Source: a virus (Duplodnaviria > Caudoviricetes). Taken from it: a DNA stretch of 64,000 bases. Position numbers and translations under genes: made by a program. Positions 55,547-63,698 of this stretch are shown here, piece by piece (the first letter of the stretch is position 1; each line of letters begins with the position of its first letter). The stretch lies in the IMG/VR virus record IMGVR_UViG_3300028624_000004, positions 64,001 to 128,000 of that record. One strand, 5' to 3'. The notes beneath the pieces are model-generated. The model ran no database searches and was not told the origin of the DNA. It saw only the letters and a list, made by a program, of their open reading frames with translations.

Positions 55547-55800
55547 TGGCACTCATGGACTACGACTACAACGACCCCAGCAGAGTTGCTGAACGGGAAG
55601 AAGCCGAGAAGGAGCGGCAGAAGTGGCTTGACGAGGATATTGAATTGAAACTTACGGAAAATGTAAGAGGATTCAACACAGGCATTAGAGTATTCTTCAT
55701 CAAACGAAGAGACTTGATAGACCTTATCAACGGCTCTGGTGCCTTGGATGACATTAGGAATAGTTGTAGTCGAAGCGATTTATATCATATTATTATATAA
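55546..55800 (+). CDS. Hypothetical protein
   Basis: TAATG coupling. Confidence 0.6.
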   Translation: MALMDYDYNDPSRVAEREEAEKERQKWLDEDIELKLTENVRGFNTGIRVFFIKRRDLIDLINGSGALDDIRNSCSRSDLYHIII

Positions 55801-55840
55801 ATCTCTGCGATTTATATAATATGAGGTTTAAGGAAACTCA

Positions 55841-56020
55841 ATGCCAACCGGAAAAACATGTGGTAACTGTCAGCATTTCATTAGAATAAAAAATCCCTCT
55901 TTTCAACATGGAGGGCGTAACGGCATCTGTGATATATTTGACTATAATTGTAATACTGATTCTTCATACGCAAAGCAATGCGATAAATATAAAGCATCTT
56001 ATAAAGGTAAAGAGAAATAA
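55841..56020 (+). CDS. Small Cys-rich metal-binding protein (59 aa), not in ORF track
   Basis: AAGGA RBS; MPTGKTCGNCQHF...GIC...NC...QC. Confidence 0.65.
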   Translation: MPTGKTCGNCQHFIRIKNPSFQHGGRNGICDIFDYNCNTDSSYAKQCDKYKASYKGKEK

Positions 56021-56059
56021 ACCTATTGATTTTTGTAATAAACTACTTACAATAATTGT

Positions 56060-56272
56060 ATGAAGAATGGATACGATACCCCAGAAGCATACGCTCGTAT
56101 GAACTACCTCATTGATGTGGTTCGCGGGAACATGTCTTGGGTCAAGTGGGAGTTTCTTGACGAGGACACTAAGAGGATATACAGAGAAGAAGCTTCGTTA
56201 GTCGAATATGTCATCACAGAAGATGACTTGGATAACTTTGAAGCAGCCATGGAACTACGGGAGAAAGCATGA
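56060..56272 (+). CDS. Hypothetical protein
   Basis: TTGATT-16-TACAAT promoter ends 6 nt before the ATG. Confidence 0.65.
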   Translation: MKNGYDTPEAYARMNYLIDVVRGNMSWVKWEFLDEDTKRIYREEASLVEYVITEDDLDNFEAAMELREKA

Positions 56273-57414
56273 AATTCTATACACTTTACTCCAGAACCTC
56301 AAACGGCTCCATACAGGAGTGGACCATTCATGTAGAAGGTAATAGCTTCTTCACGGTCGAAGGTATCAAGGGTGGTAAGATGACTACCTCCAAGCCCACC
56401 GTCTGTGAAGGAAAAAACATTGGTAGAGCCAATGAAACCTCGCCAGAAACCCAGGCGCTCCAAGAAGCCAAGGCAAAGTACAAGAAGAAGGTCGATTCGG
56501 GCTACTACGAGAAGCTGGAAGATATTGACATCGAAAAGTTTACGGAGCCGATGCTCGCTCATAAGTACGGAGAGCATGAAGTTGAATTCCCATTAGCGTC
56601 ACAGCCTAAACTTGACGGATGTTTATCAGGAGATACTGTTGTCAATCTTAAAAATAATGGGAAGAAGACACTTAAAGAGATATACGACAGTAAAATAGAA
56701 GATGAAGTTTTATCATATAACGAAAAGAAAAGAAGGAATGAATATAGAAAGATAATGTGGGATTATGTAAAGCCAAATATGGCTAGACAGGATATGAGCG
56801 TCACTGGTTGGAATGTAATGGCTGTCAAGTCGGCGCATGGTGCAGGATTGAATGTTGGAAATTCGATGACTAACTGTAAGAAAGCAATTGAAAGAGTATG
56901 GAAAGCTGCTAACCCAGAATGGGAAAAGAAAACTGATCCATATACCGACAAGACAATATTTCCATATACTTGGAATGCTATTAATAACTCGACTGCAAAG
57001 GAACATCTGAGCTTCATCGGAACGACATGCGCTGTGTTCTTGGGGCATGGATCGGGAGACATTATGTTGGAGACGATGCTTAATGATGCTGAAGCAAGGT
57101 GGGTTGATAGTGGAGCGTATAAGAAGAATAACTATGCGTGCTACTACCTTTCGCTCTCAATGTTTCAGGCTGGGGGAGAGCGTTGGAAGAAATGCTTAAA
57201 TACCATAATTCCCTACACCGTGGAAACCCAAGATGCTTCACAGGGCTGCGCTCGCGGCTCGTGGAACTGGGAAGGGCAGTCGTGGCATGGATCAAGCATA
57301 GGAAGAGTGTTGACAACTTGCTATAATATCCTAAACCTTGAAGTTGCTTATCGCTATGTTCAGGTCAACCCCAATGCCGAAATACAGAAAAAACTGAAAT
57401 CAACACTAAAGTAA
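56269..57414 (+). CDS. Chimeric ORF: ATP-dependent DNA ligase N-terminus + intein N-fragment + prenyltransferase/terpene-cyclase-like C-terminal fragment
   Basis: GKNIGRANET, PMLA and QPKLDG (ligase motif I); CLSGDTVV...VLSYN (intein block A); then WDY...DMSVTGWNVMAVKSA...GSW...GRVLTT..IL.LEV.YRY. Confidence 0.75.
   Translation: MKFYTLYSRTSNGSIQEWTIHVEGNSFFTVEGIKGGKMTTSKPTVCEGKNIGRANETSPETQALQEAKAKYKKKVDSGYYEKLEDIDIEKFTEPMLAHKYGEHEVEFPLASQPKLDGCLSGDTVVNLKNNGKKTLKEIYDSKIEDEVLSYNEKKRRNEYRKIMWDYVKPNMARQDMSVTGWNVMAVKSAHGAGLNVGNSMTNCKKAIERVWKAANPEWEKKTDPYTDKTIFPYTWNAINNSTAKEHLSFIGTTCAVFLGHGSGDIMLETMLNDAEARWVDSGAYKKNNYACYYLSLSMFQAGGERWKKCLNTIIPYTVETQDASQGCARGSWNWEGQSWHGSSIGRVLTTCYNILNLEVAYRYVQVNPNAEIQKKLKSTLK
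56620..56757 (+). mobile_element. N-terminal intein fragment only (about 46 aa)
   Basis: CLSGDTVV.L..G...LKEI....VLSYN; no block B TxxH and no terminal HN/GN. Confidence 0.7.
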
Positions 57415-57440
57415 TCGTCAGTTGTGCCGATACTAAGTGT

Positions 57441-57671
57441 ATGAGAACAGATAGAGTAGAACCCATAATGGTTATAAGAAAAGAAGTAAGGTTCCCAAAA
57501 CGGGAACCTTACTTTCGTGTTGATAGGGACGAAGATTCCCTTGATGATTCTATTAAGAAATATGTTGATATTGCCAAGAATTGTCCTATAGATAAGGAAG
57601 CCCTTGAAATGCTTTTGAGAATAGAGTTAGGAGACGATATAACAAATCAAATTAAAATATTCTATAAATAG
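57441..57671 (+). CDS. Hypothetical protein
   Basis: 76-aa ORF. Confidence 0.55.
   Translation: MRTDRVEPIMVIRKEVRFPKREPYFRVDRDEDSLDDSIKKYVDIAKNCPIDKEALEMLLRIELGDDITNQIKIFYK
57663..57670 (+). promoter_or_regulatory. T4-type late promoter motif TATAAATA
   Basis: Exact motif upstream of a GGAG RBS. Confidence 0.6.
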
Positions 57672-57688
57672 GTATGGAGTAACTTATT

Positions 57689-58240
57689 ATGGGATTCAAA
57701 AATTTCTATAAAGAAAGCGTTAGAAAGTCAATAATAAAGAGAGAGGCTGAAGGTGACTTTGGAGACGAAGCCCAAGCAATGAGTTCTGCCGAAATATCAT
57801 ACGCATACCCAAAAACAAACAAAAACAAATTAAAATGGTCAGAGGCTAGGGGATTTATAAAGCCAGATGGTAAAGTTGAAAGAATTGGGGATATGGGTCA
57901 TGAAGATTTCGCCAGAGATGTTGGTTATCCAATCACGGTGGACGGCAAGCTAGTTACTAAAAAGTTTCCTGGGTCAAAAACTCTTGCCAAATATACTGGT
58001 CTTGTTCGCTGGTCGCCAGAAACGGCTTCTTTCAGTGTATATCTTCCAATGACTCTGGAGCAAATAAAGACTATTAAAGAAATAGTCAAGTCTTATGGAT
58101 ATAAAGACTTAATGTTGGATTATCAAGACAAGAATGGGAACATGCAATTGATCGAATTCAACGATTCAGATCCTAGTAAATTCAATGCTAGAATGACAAA
58201 AGTCCAGAATGAAGTCAATGACAAGAAGTTTGGACAATAG
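57689..58240 (+). CDS. Late hypothetical protein, possible internal head protein
   Basis: MGFKNFYKES N-terminus; RGFIKPDG....H..FA motif. Confidence 0.7.
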   Translation: MGFKNFYKESVRKSIIKREAEGDFGDEAQAMSSAEISYAYPKTNKNKLKWSEARGFIKPDGKVERIGDMGHEDFARDVGYPITVDGKLVTKKFPGSKTLAKYTGLVRWSPETASFSVYLPMTLEQIKTIKEIVKSYGYKDLMLDYQDKNGNMQLIEFNDSDPSKFNARMTKVQNEVNDKKFGQ

Positions 58241-58246
58241 CGAATA

Positions 58247-59554
58247 TTAAGGCATCCACGGCATATCTGTTTTAGCCTCGTATTCCTTTTCTTCTTCTAT
58301 TTTTACTTTATTTAAGAAGCCAGAGTTACTAACACTATCAAACTCTTTTGCTTTTTCTTTTCTTTCTTGATATGCTTTGTATATGTTAGAAGAGGAACCA
58401 TTCATATACTTTCTTTTCCTATCTGTCTCATCGTCACTTACTTCAAATTCTATTATAAATTTTGTAAATAATCCCTCTTGGCTTTGGACGTCTATATATG
58501 CGCCCATTGATATTGCATAATCCATGCACATAGCAAGCCCAAGTCCGTGTGTGTCAACATGGTCGTCTTTGGTTGTGAAGTTTGGCGTAAATAATTGTTC
58601 CATGACCTTAGAAGAAATTCCCTTGCCGTTGTCTTCTACATAAAGAGATTTTTTAGAAGAATCGCCATATATTTTTATCTTTAATTCATCTCTCATATGG
58701 GAATTGTGGTCAATGGCATTATTGACTAAATTCATTAATATCTGATGAAGAAACATGGGGGAGTGACGACATAAGAAATCAAGGGAAGTATAATCAACTT
58801 CTATTTGTGACGGTCTTATATTTTTTCTTATTGAGGAATTCAATAAAGCTACAGAAACCATGGCTTTAATGGTGGATCCAACATTAGACCTATTCATATC
58901 ATATTTCTGAAGGTACTTTATATTCTTACTAAGATTATCTACAATATATATACACTGTTCGGCAGATGCTTCTATTTCTTGAATTTTATCTTGTATAAAC
59001 TTAAAGTCTTTGCCGTTAAGCTGGGTTTTCAGTGTTAGAAATTGCAACATCATATTGGAGACATTGCGAATTATTCCTAACCACGGAGCTACCTCATGAT
59101 TAACTCCAGATATGACATTCTTAAGGTTTCGAGAGTTGCTATGGGCTATGTTCAAGCGAAAGGAAATTTCTTCTTGCTTATCTTTTAAATGCTTCTTTTC
59201 CTTCTCTTCTTTGATTAAATCATCAAGTTCTTTTTGATGATAGAAAAAATCTTTTTTGGTTATATTAATGGCTTTAAATTTTTTATAGTTGATATAAAAA
59301 TATAAGAAGGATACGGTTAACGATATTACGCCATTAAGTATAGAAATTGTATCAAATAAGTTTTTAGACGCATCAATGACAGCCGATTGCTGTTCTTGAT
59401 ATACCATACTTCTAACTTGGCTCTCGTAATTTTTCTGTACGATATGACAGATTGAATACAGAGTTGTATATGACAACAAACAAAACAAAAAAGAAATTAA
59501 GATTGAATATCTTAATTTTCTTATTAACTTAAAAATTTCTTTAAAGGTTCCCAT
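58247..59554 (-). CDS. Membrane sensor histidine kinase
   Basis: Two TM helices; H-box GVNHEV; N-box LMNLVNNAIDH; G1 VEDNGKGI; F-box LFTPNFTTK; G2 GLGLAMC. Confidence 0.92.
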   Translation of the reverse strand: MGTFKEIFKLIRKLRYSILISFLFCLLSYTTLYSICHIVQKNYESQVRSMVYQEQQSAVIDASKNLFDTISILNGVISLTVSFLYFYINYKKFKAINITKKDFFYHQKELDDLIKEEKEKKHLKDKQEEISFRLNIAHSNSRNLKNVISGVNHEVAPWLGIIRNVSNMMLQFLTLKTQLNGKDFKFIQDKIQEIEASAEQCIYIVDNLSKNIKYLQKYDMNRSNVGSTIKAMVSVALLNSSIRKNIRPSQIEVDYTSLDFLCRHSPMFLHQILMNLVNNAIDHNSHMRDELKIKIYGDSSKKSLYVEDNGKGISSKVMEQLFTPNFTTKDDHVDTHGLGLAMCMDYAISMGAYIDVQSQEGLFTKFIIEFEVSDDETDRKRKYMNGSSSNIYKAYQERKEKAKEFDSVSNSGFLNKVKIEEEKEYEAKTDMPWMP

Positions 59555-59877
59555 AGTAAACTTTGTTTGCTGATGTAATAGTATTTTTTCTCTTCAAGAG
59601 TATTTAATACCTCGTGTTCAACGCTTCCCGTTATAAACATTATTTTACCAATATTGGACTTATTCTTATCAGCAAATTCAATTCCATTTCTACCATTTTG
59701 CAATTGAACATCTAGTATAGTATAATCGAACTGGTTGTGTGTCTTCAAAAGCTCTTCAGCTTCCTTATAGGTTTTTGCGTAGTGGATATCAATATTCCCA
59801 CTGTCTATGAACATCTTAATGTATTCTATAACTTCCTTAGCAAAAAAGCTATGGTCTTCTAAAAATAAAATTTTCAT
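59524..59877 (-). CDS. Single-domain response regulator (CheY-like receiver)
   Basis: ILFLED, phospho-acceptor ILDVQL, NGIEF, FITG, ISK. Confidence 0.88.
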   Translation of the reverse strand: MKILFLEDHSFFAKEVIEYIKMFIDSGNIDIHYAKTYKEAEELLKTHNQFDYTILDVQLQNGRNGIEFADKNKSNIGKIMFITGSVEHEVLNTLEEKKYYYISKQSLLWEPLKKFLS

Positions 59878-60305
59878 TACGGCGTCCCCATGATAATAGT
59901 TGCTATTGTTTTTATTATTTCCACAATATGTGGCGCTATTGCAACAGCTATAGCAGATATTATACCCACGACAAGGGTCTGGAAATTCCAGTACTTCCCT
60001 GCCATTTCCTTAAGCTTATTTTTCTTTGGCGGCTCAACTGTATTAATGTTCTGGACAATAACTGGAGCAACAGCAGTAGTGTTGCCATGTTCTCCATTAT
60101 CGTCAATAACATGAACTATTATCCCCTTAAGAATATCAGTTAGCTCCTTATATTGGTCACTCTGACGCTCTTCAGTGGTAAATTCATTTAAGATGTTGTG
60201 TATCTTAAACTTAAGATGGACAAGTTCGACAGAAGCCTTTTGCCACTTTGAAATCTCCGTGGGGAGGGCTGGTATGTTGGCTCGTGATGGATACTTCTTT
60301 CCCAT
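59877..60305 (-). CDS. Membrane protein with C-terminal TM segment (start 60305, MGKKYPSR...)
   Basis: GGGGGA RBS; TAATG overlap with the receiver gene; hydrophobic C-terminus. Confidence 0.75.
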   Translation of the reverse strand: MGKKYPSRANIPALPTEISKWQKASVELVHLKFKIHNILNEFTTEERQSDQYKELTDILKGIIVHVIDDNGEHGNTTAVAPVIVQNINTVEPPKKNKLKEMAGKYWNFQTLVVGIISAIAVAIAPHIVEIIKTIATIIMGTP

Positions 60306-60353
60306 TATTCCCCCATAATGATATACTATATTTATACTATTATGGGGGAATAA
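60305..60353 (-). promoter_or_regulatory. 15-bp perfect inverted repeat sequestering the RBS, with a TATAAATA late promoter (60329-60336) in the loop
   Basis: TTATTCCCCCATAAT (60305-60319) / ATTATGGGGGAATAA (60339-60353). Confidence 0.75.
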
Positions 60354-60370
60354 ATGTTTCAATTGTTACA

Positions 60371-60745
60371 TTATTCTTTGCCACCATGTTGGTTGCGTCT
60401 TCTTTCGATTATATTATCCCTTACTCTTTCTCTCAATGGCTCATTATTCTCACGACGGTCCTCTAATCTTTCGGGAAGGTTTCTTGCTTCTGGGAACAAT
60501 ACGCCATTTTTAGCTATTATCATTCTCATAACGTGAACCTGTAGCTTTGGGTGTCCTTTAAGGACTTCTTTCAACTCTTGTATTTTGACTTCCATTGCTT
60601 TACGGTGTTCTTCCCTAAGCTTCTGGATTTCTAGTACCTTTCCCTTTACTTCCTGTGGTAATGTTACTTCTGGTTCGTTTGCGACCTCACATGAGTATGT
60701 TGAGGCTACTAATAAGAACGCTAGTAATGTTATGATATATTTCAT
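60371..60745 (-). CDS. Secreted helical protein
   Basis: Signal peptide MKYIITLLAFLLVASTYS-C; AAGGAG RBS. Confidence 0.75.
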   Translation of the reverse strand: MKYIITLLAFLLVASTYSCEVANEPEVTLPQEVKGKVLEIQKLREEHRKAMEVKIQELKEVLKGHPKLQVHVMRMIIAKNGVLFPEARNLPERLEDRRENNEPLRERVRDNIIERRRNQHGGKE

Positions 60746-60963
60746 ATATTATCTCCTTACCCATATTTACGCACAATTCTTCAGTTTATTAATGTAGTAT
60801 CTTTCCTCACTTGATAAAAGATTATAAACTATAGTGTTTTTATTTCCTACATAACACATAAATTAAATACATTTTTAGGGGTATTTTTAGGTTACTGGTA
60901 TGGTGGATTTTAGGACTTGACTTCGGCTCTGAAGTCATAGAATATACTAGTAAGGAACTCTTT

Positions 60964-61299
60964 ATGAACCCACCTGATGGTATTCCTCCCAAAGCACTCA
61001 ATAGACCCATCATGCCGTCTGAGGTTGTTAACCTCAAATGTAAGCATATTCCTGATATTGTTTTCAATATCTTCAACGACCACATTGTGTCAGCATGGGA
61101 TGGTAGAAAAGCAATTGTAAGGCAGGAACATGTCGTTAGTGCGCTTTTGGTTACTGAGAAGTTTACGCGAGAAGAGATTTTCCGTAAGCACATATTGGAC
61201 ATAGAAGAGATTTATAGTCGGGAAGGCTGGAAAGTCGAATTCGACAAGCCCGGTTATAACGAGGGGTATGGGGCATTTTGGACCTTTACCAAGGCTTAA
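60964..61299 (+). CDS. Conserved phage hypothetical protein
   Basis: IP..VF..FN..I and LD.E..Y...GWKV.FDKPGYNE motifs. Confidence 0.75.
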   Translation: MNPPDGIPPKALNRPIMPSEVVNLKCKHIPDIVFNIFNDHIVSAWDGRKAIVRQEHVVSALLVTEKFTREEIFRKHILDIEEIYSREGWKVEFDKPGYNEGYGAFWTFTKA

Positions 61300-61300
61300 C

Positions 61301-61720
61301 ATGAACTACGACGAGGATTATGTCAAGGATCTGGAACTCCGGATTGAGCGTCAACAGGAGCAGATTGATAAATACTCTATGTTCATCAAGCGACTTGACG
61401 AACTCAAAATCAAAATGTCGATGCAGGACTGTTCGCAGTTCATTAACCCAAAGGCATTTATCAAGTGGCTTGAAAATAGTAGCAAGTGGAAGCTATTTGA
61501 CACGATTGAAGATTCTCATGGTAAGACTGGGCAATTTCGTCATGCAAACGGTCGTAAGTTCTCTATTCGCGTTAAAGCATATGACAAGGGGGCAGAACAG
61601 GCTCAGTTACTTGATGTAGTCAATGCATTTCAGCATGTATGGGACACATGGCTTTATGACCACAAAGGATGTGGTGTTATTTCGCTGATTATTGATATAA
61701 TGGAGTACGAAGATGATTAA
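61301..61720 (+). CDS. Hypothetical protein
   Basis: Start at 61301, immediately after the upstream stop. Confidence 0.65.
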   Translation: MNYDEDYVKDLELRIERQQEQIDKYSMFIKRLDELKIKMSMQDCSQFINPKAFIKWLENSSKWKLFDTIEDSHGKTGQFRHANGRKFSIRVKAYDKGAEQAQLLDVVNAFQHVWDTWLYDHKGCGVISLIIDIMEYEDD

Positions 61721-61937
61721 TGACCCTCTACAGGAACTTGTTAAGCATTGTCACTCAATAGGGTTAAAATCCTATTATGAACTGGCATGTCACGCTGCTT
61801 CAAAGAAGCTGGCGGTTTATGTATTTCGTGAGGAAACTTATAAAAAGTTCCTTGGGCGAATACCCAAAAGTATCCAGGGGTTTGATGTAGAATATAAATT
61901 AGCAAGGAAATATCAAGGACAAATATATGTCAGATAA
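61713..61937 (+). CDS. Hypothetical protein
   Basis: GGAG RBS. Confidence 0.55.
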   Translation: MINDPLQELVKHCHSIGLKSYYELACHAASKKLAVYVFREETYKKFLGRIPKSIQGFDVEYKLARKYQGQIYVR

Positions 61938-61954
61938 TCTATATAAATAAGGAT

Positions 61955-62887
61955 ATGCCAAAGATAATAACAACCGAAGATTTCATACGAAGAGCAATCG
62001 AAAAGCATGGCGACAAGTATGACTACAAAAATACAGAGTATAAAGGATCACGCAGTAATATTACCATAACATGTAAGAAACACAATGTTTCATTTTTGCA
62101 ATCTGCCCACCATCACTTATCGGGAAAAGGTGGATGTAAAATATGTGCCTCCAACACTAATAGATCAAATGCAGAAACCTTTATAAAGAGGGCGATGGAG
62201 ATACATAATCAAAAGTATGATTACAGCAATGTAGTGTATGAAAATAACGAAAAGCGAGTTTGCATTATATGCGACAAGCACGGTGAATTTTGGCAGTCTC
62301 CTGGGAATCATATTAGTGGTAGGGGATGTCCTGAATGTGCAAAAATTACTATTGGAAGACAAAAGATATCAAACACCAAGGATTTCATTCATAAAGCAAT
62401 GGAAAAACATGGAAACCTTTACAACTATTCAGTGGTAGAATATAAGAATTCACGTGAAGTAGTTGATATTATATGTCCAGAACATGGTACATTTCGCCAA
62501 ACACCAAATTTACACCTGTGTGGATCGGGATGTCCTAAATGCATAAAACAAAGTAGCGGCGAAACTTTCATAAGAAAATTTCTTGAGAGTAATAATATAA
62601 AGTTCATAGAGCAGGTAAAGTTTCCGACATGTAGGCATATAAAGTTGTTATCTTTTGATTTTCTTATTGAAGGTAAAAATGTCCTCATTGAATATGACGG
62701 CGAACAACACTTTAAACCTGTGAAATATTTTGGAGGCAATGTTAAATTTGAATACCGTAAGAAACTAGATTCTATAAAAAGTGAATGGGCGAAGAATAAC
62801 AGATATAACCTCGTTCGCATACCTTATGACATGTCACATAATGATATTGTTGAAAAGTTATATAATACGTTAGTTTTTAGTGCTTGA
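61955..62887 (+). CDS. Putative homing endonuclease: zinc-binding repeats plus PD-(D/E)xK nuclease
   Basis: Three FI..A..KHG.KYDY...I.C..HG.F.Q....H..G.GC..C repeats; LSFDF...IEYDGEQH; TATAAATA at 61942-61949. Confidence 0.8.
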   Translation: MPKIITTEDFIRRAIEKHGDKYDYKNTEYKGSRSNITITCKKHNVSFLQSAHHHLSGKGGCKICASNTNRSNAETFIKRAMEIHNQKYDYSNVVYENNEKRVCIICDKHGEFWQSPGNHISGRGCPECAKITIGRQKISNTKDFIHKAMEKHGNLYNYSVVEYKNSREVVDIICPEHGTFRQTPNLHLCGSGCPKCIKQSSGETFIRKFLESNNIKFIEQVKFPTCRHIKLLSFDFLIEGKNVLIEYDGEQHFKPVKYFGGNVKFEYRKKLDSIKSEWAKNNRYNLVRIPYDMSHNDIVEKLYNTLVFSA

Positions 62888-62919
62888 TTTATTTGTTCAC
62901 ATAGCATATAATAAAATAT

Positions 62920-63213
62920 ATGAATAATATCCAAAATGACGATGTAGAAGAATTGGAATCTCAAATATCAAAAGAAGAAGATCCCGAAAAAAAACAATGG
63001 ATGAAATTTGCACTTGATATGATTTTGGGCAAGAAATCCAAGAATGCCCGTGTCCTCAAAGAAGTTAAAGAAATAGACAAGAGTCTTAGGACTGCTATGG
63101 CAATGGTTTTAAATTTTTATGCGGAAAATGAAGGGCAGTTCAATCAGAAACTTCTCGAAGATGTTGCAACACTTATAATAAAAAGATCCAAATTGGTAAA
63201 AAATCTAAAATGA
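62920..63213 (+). CDS. Hypothetical protein
   Basis: TTGATT-17-TATAAT promoter ends 7 nt before the ATG. Confidence 0.65.
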   Translation: MNNIQNDDVEELESQISKEEDPEKKQWMKFALDMILGKKSKNARVLKEVKEIDKSLRTAMAMVLNFYAENEGQFNQKLLEDVATLIIKRSKLVKNLK

Positions 63214-63698
63214 TATTAGTAGCTGCAATGGACCCAATGGGGATTATAGGTAAAAACGGAAAGCTTCCTTGGAACTTCCCCCAAGACCTTAGTTATTTTA
63301 AGAAACTTACAAGTGGTCATATAGTGGTCATGGGTCGCAAGACATGGCAATCACTACCTGTTAAACCGCTTTCTAATAGGGTTAATATTGTGTTTTCGCG
63401 CATTATGTTGCCCGAAGATGCCCCAGGAGCCATAATAGTAAAAGACATCGAAGAATTACAAAAAGCCGTAATAGAAATTCCAGACAAAAATATATTCCTC
63501 ATTGGTGGCGCTCAATTATATACAGAACTTATTGACTGGTGCGATGATATGGTTATAACTCATGTAAAGAAGCGCCACGATGGTGATACATATTTTCTGT
63601 GGGATTGGATGCAATGGGAACCCGTTGCCGATGTTTATCAGGACGCCGACATACGAATTGTACATTATAAAAGGATAATATATGGAAGTACAGAATAA
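63210..63698 (+). CDS. folA: Dihydrofolate reductase
   Basis: IG..GKLPW..PQDL..FK..T, VVMGRKTW.SL, PL..R.NIV, IGGAQLY, GDTYF. Confidence 0.95.
   Translation: MILVAAMDPMGIIGKNGKLPWNFPQDLSYFKKLTSGHIVVMGRKTWQSLPVKPLSNRVNIVFSRIMLPEDAPGAIIVKDIEELQKAVIEIPDKNIFLIGGAQLYTELIDWCDDMVITHVKKRHDGDTYFLWDWMQWEPVADVYQDADIRIVHYKRIIYGSTE

Noticed and set aside
60354-60536. Plus-strand ORF starting from the mirror RBS of the hairpin (invertible-promoter idea)
   Set aside because: It lies antisense to a credible secreted-protein gene, no recombinase is present in the window, and a 19-bp segment is very short for an inversion switch. RBS sequestration explains the repeat better.
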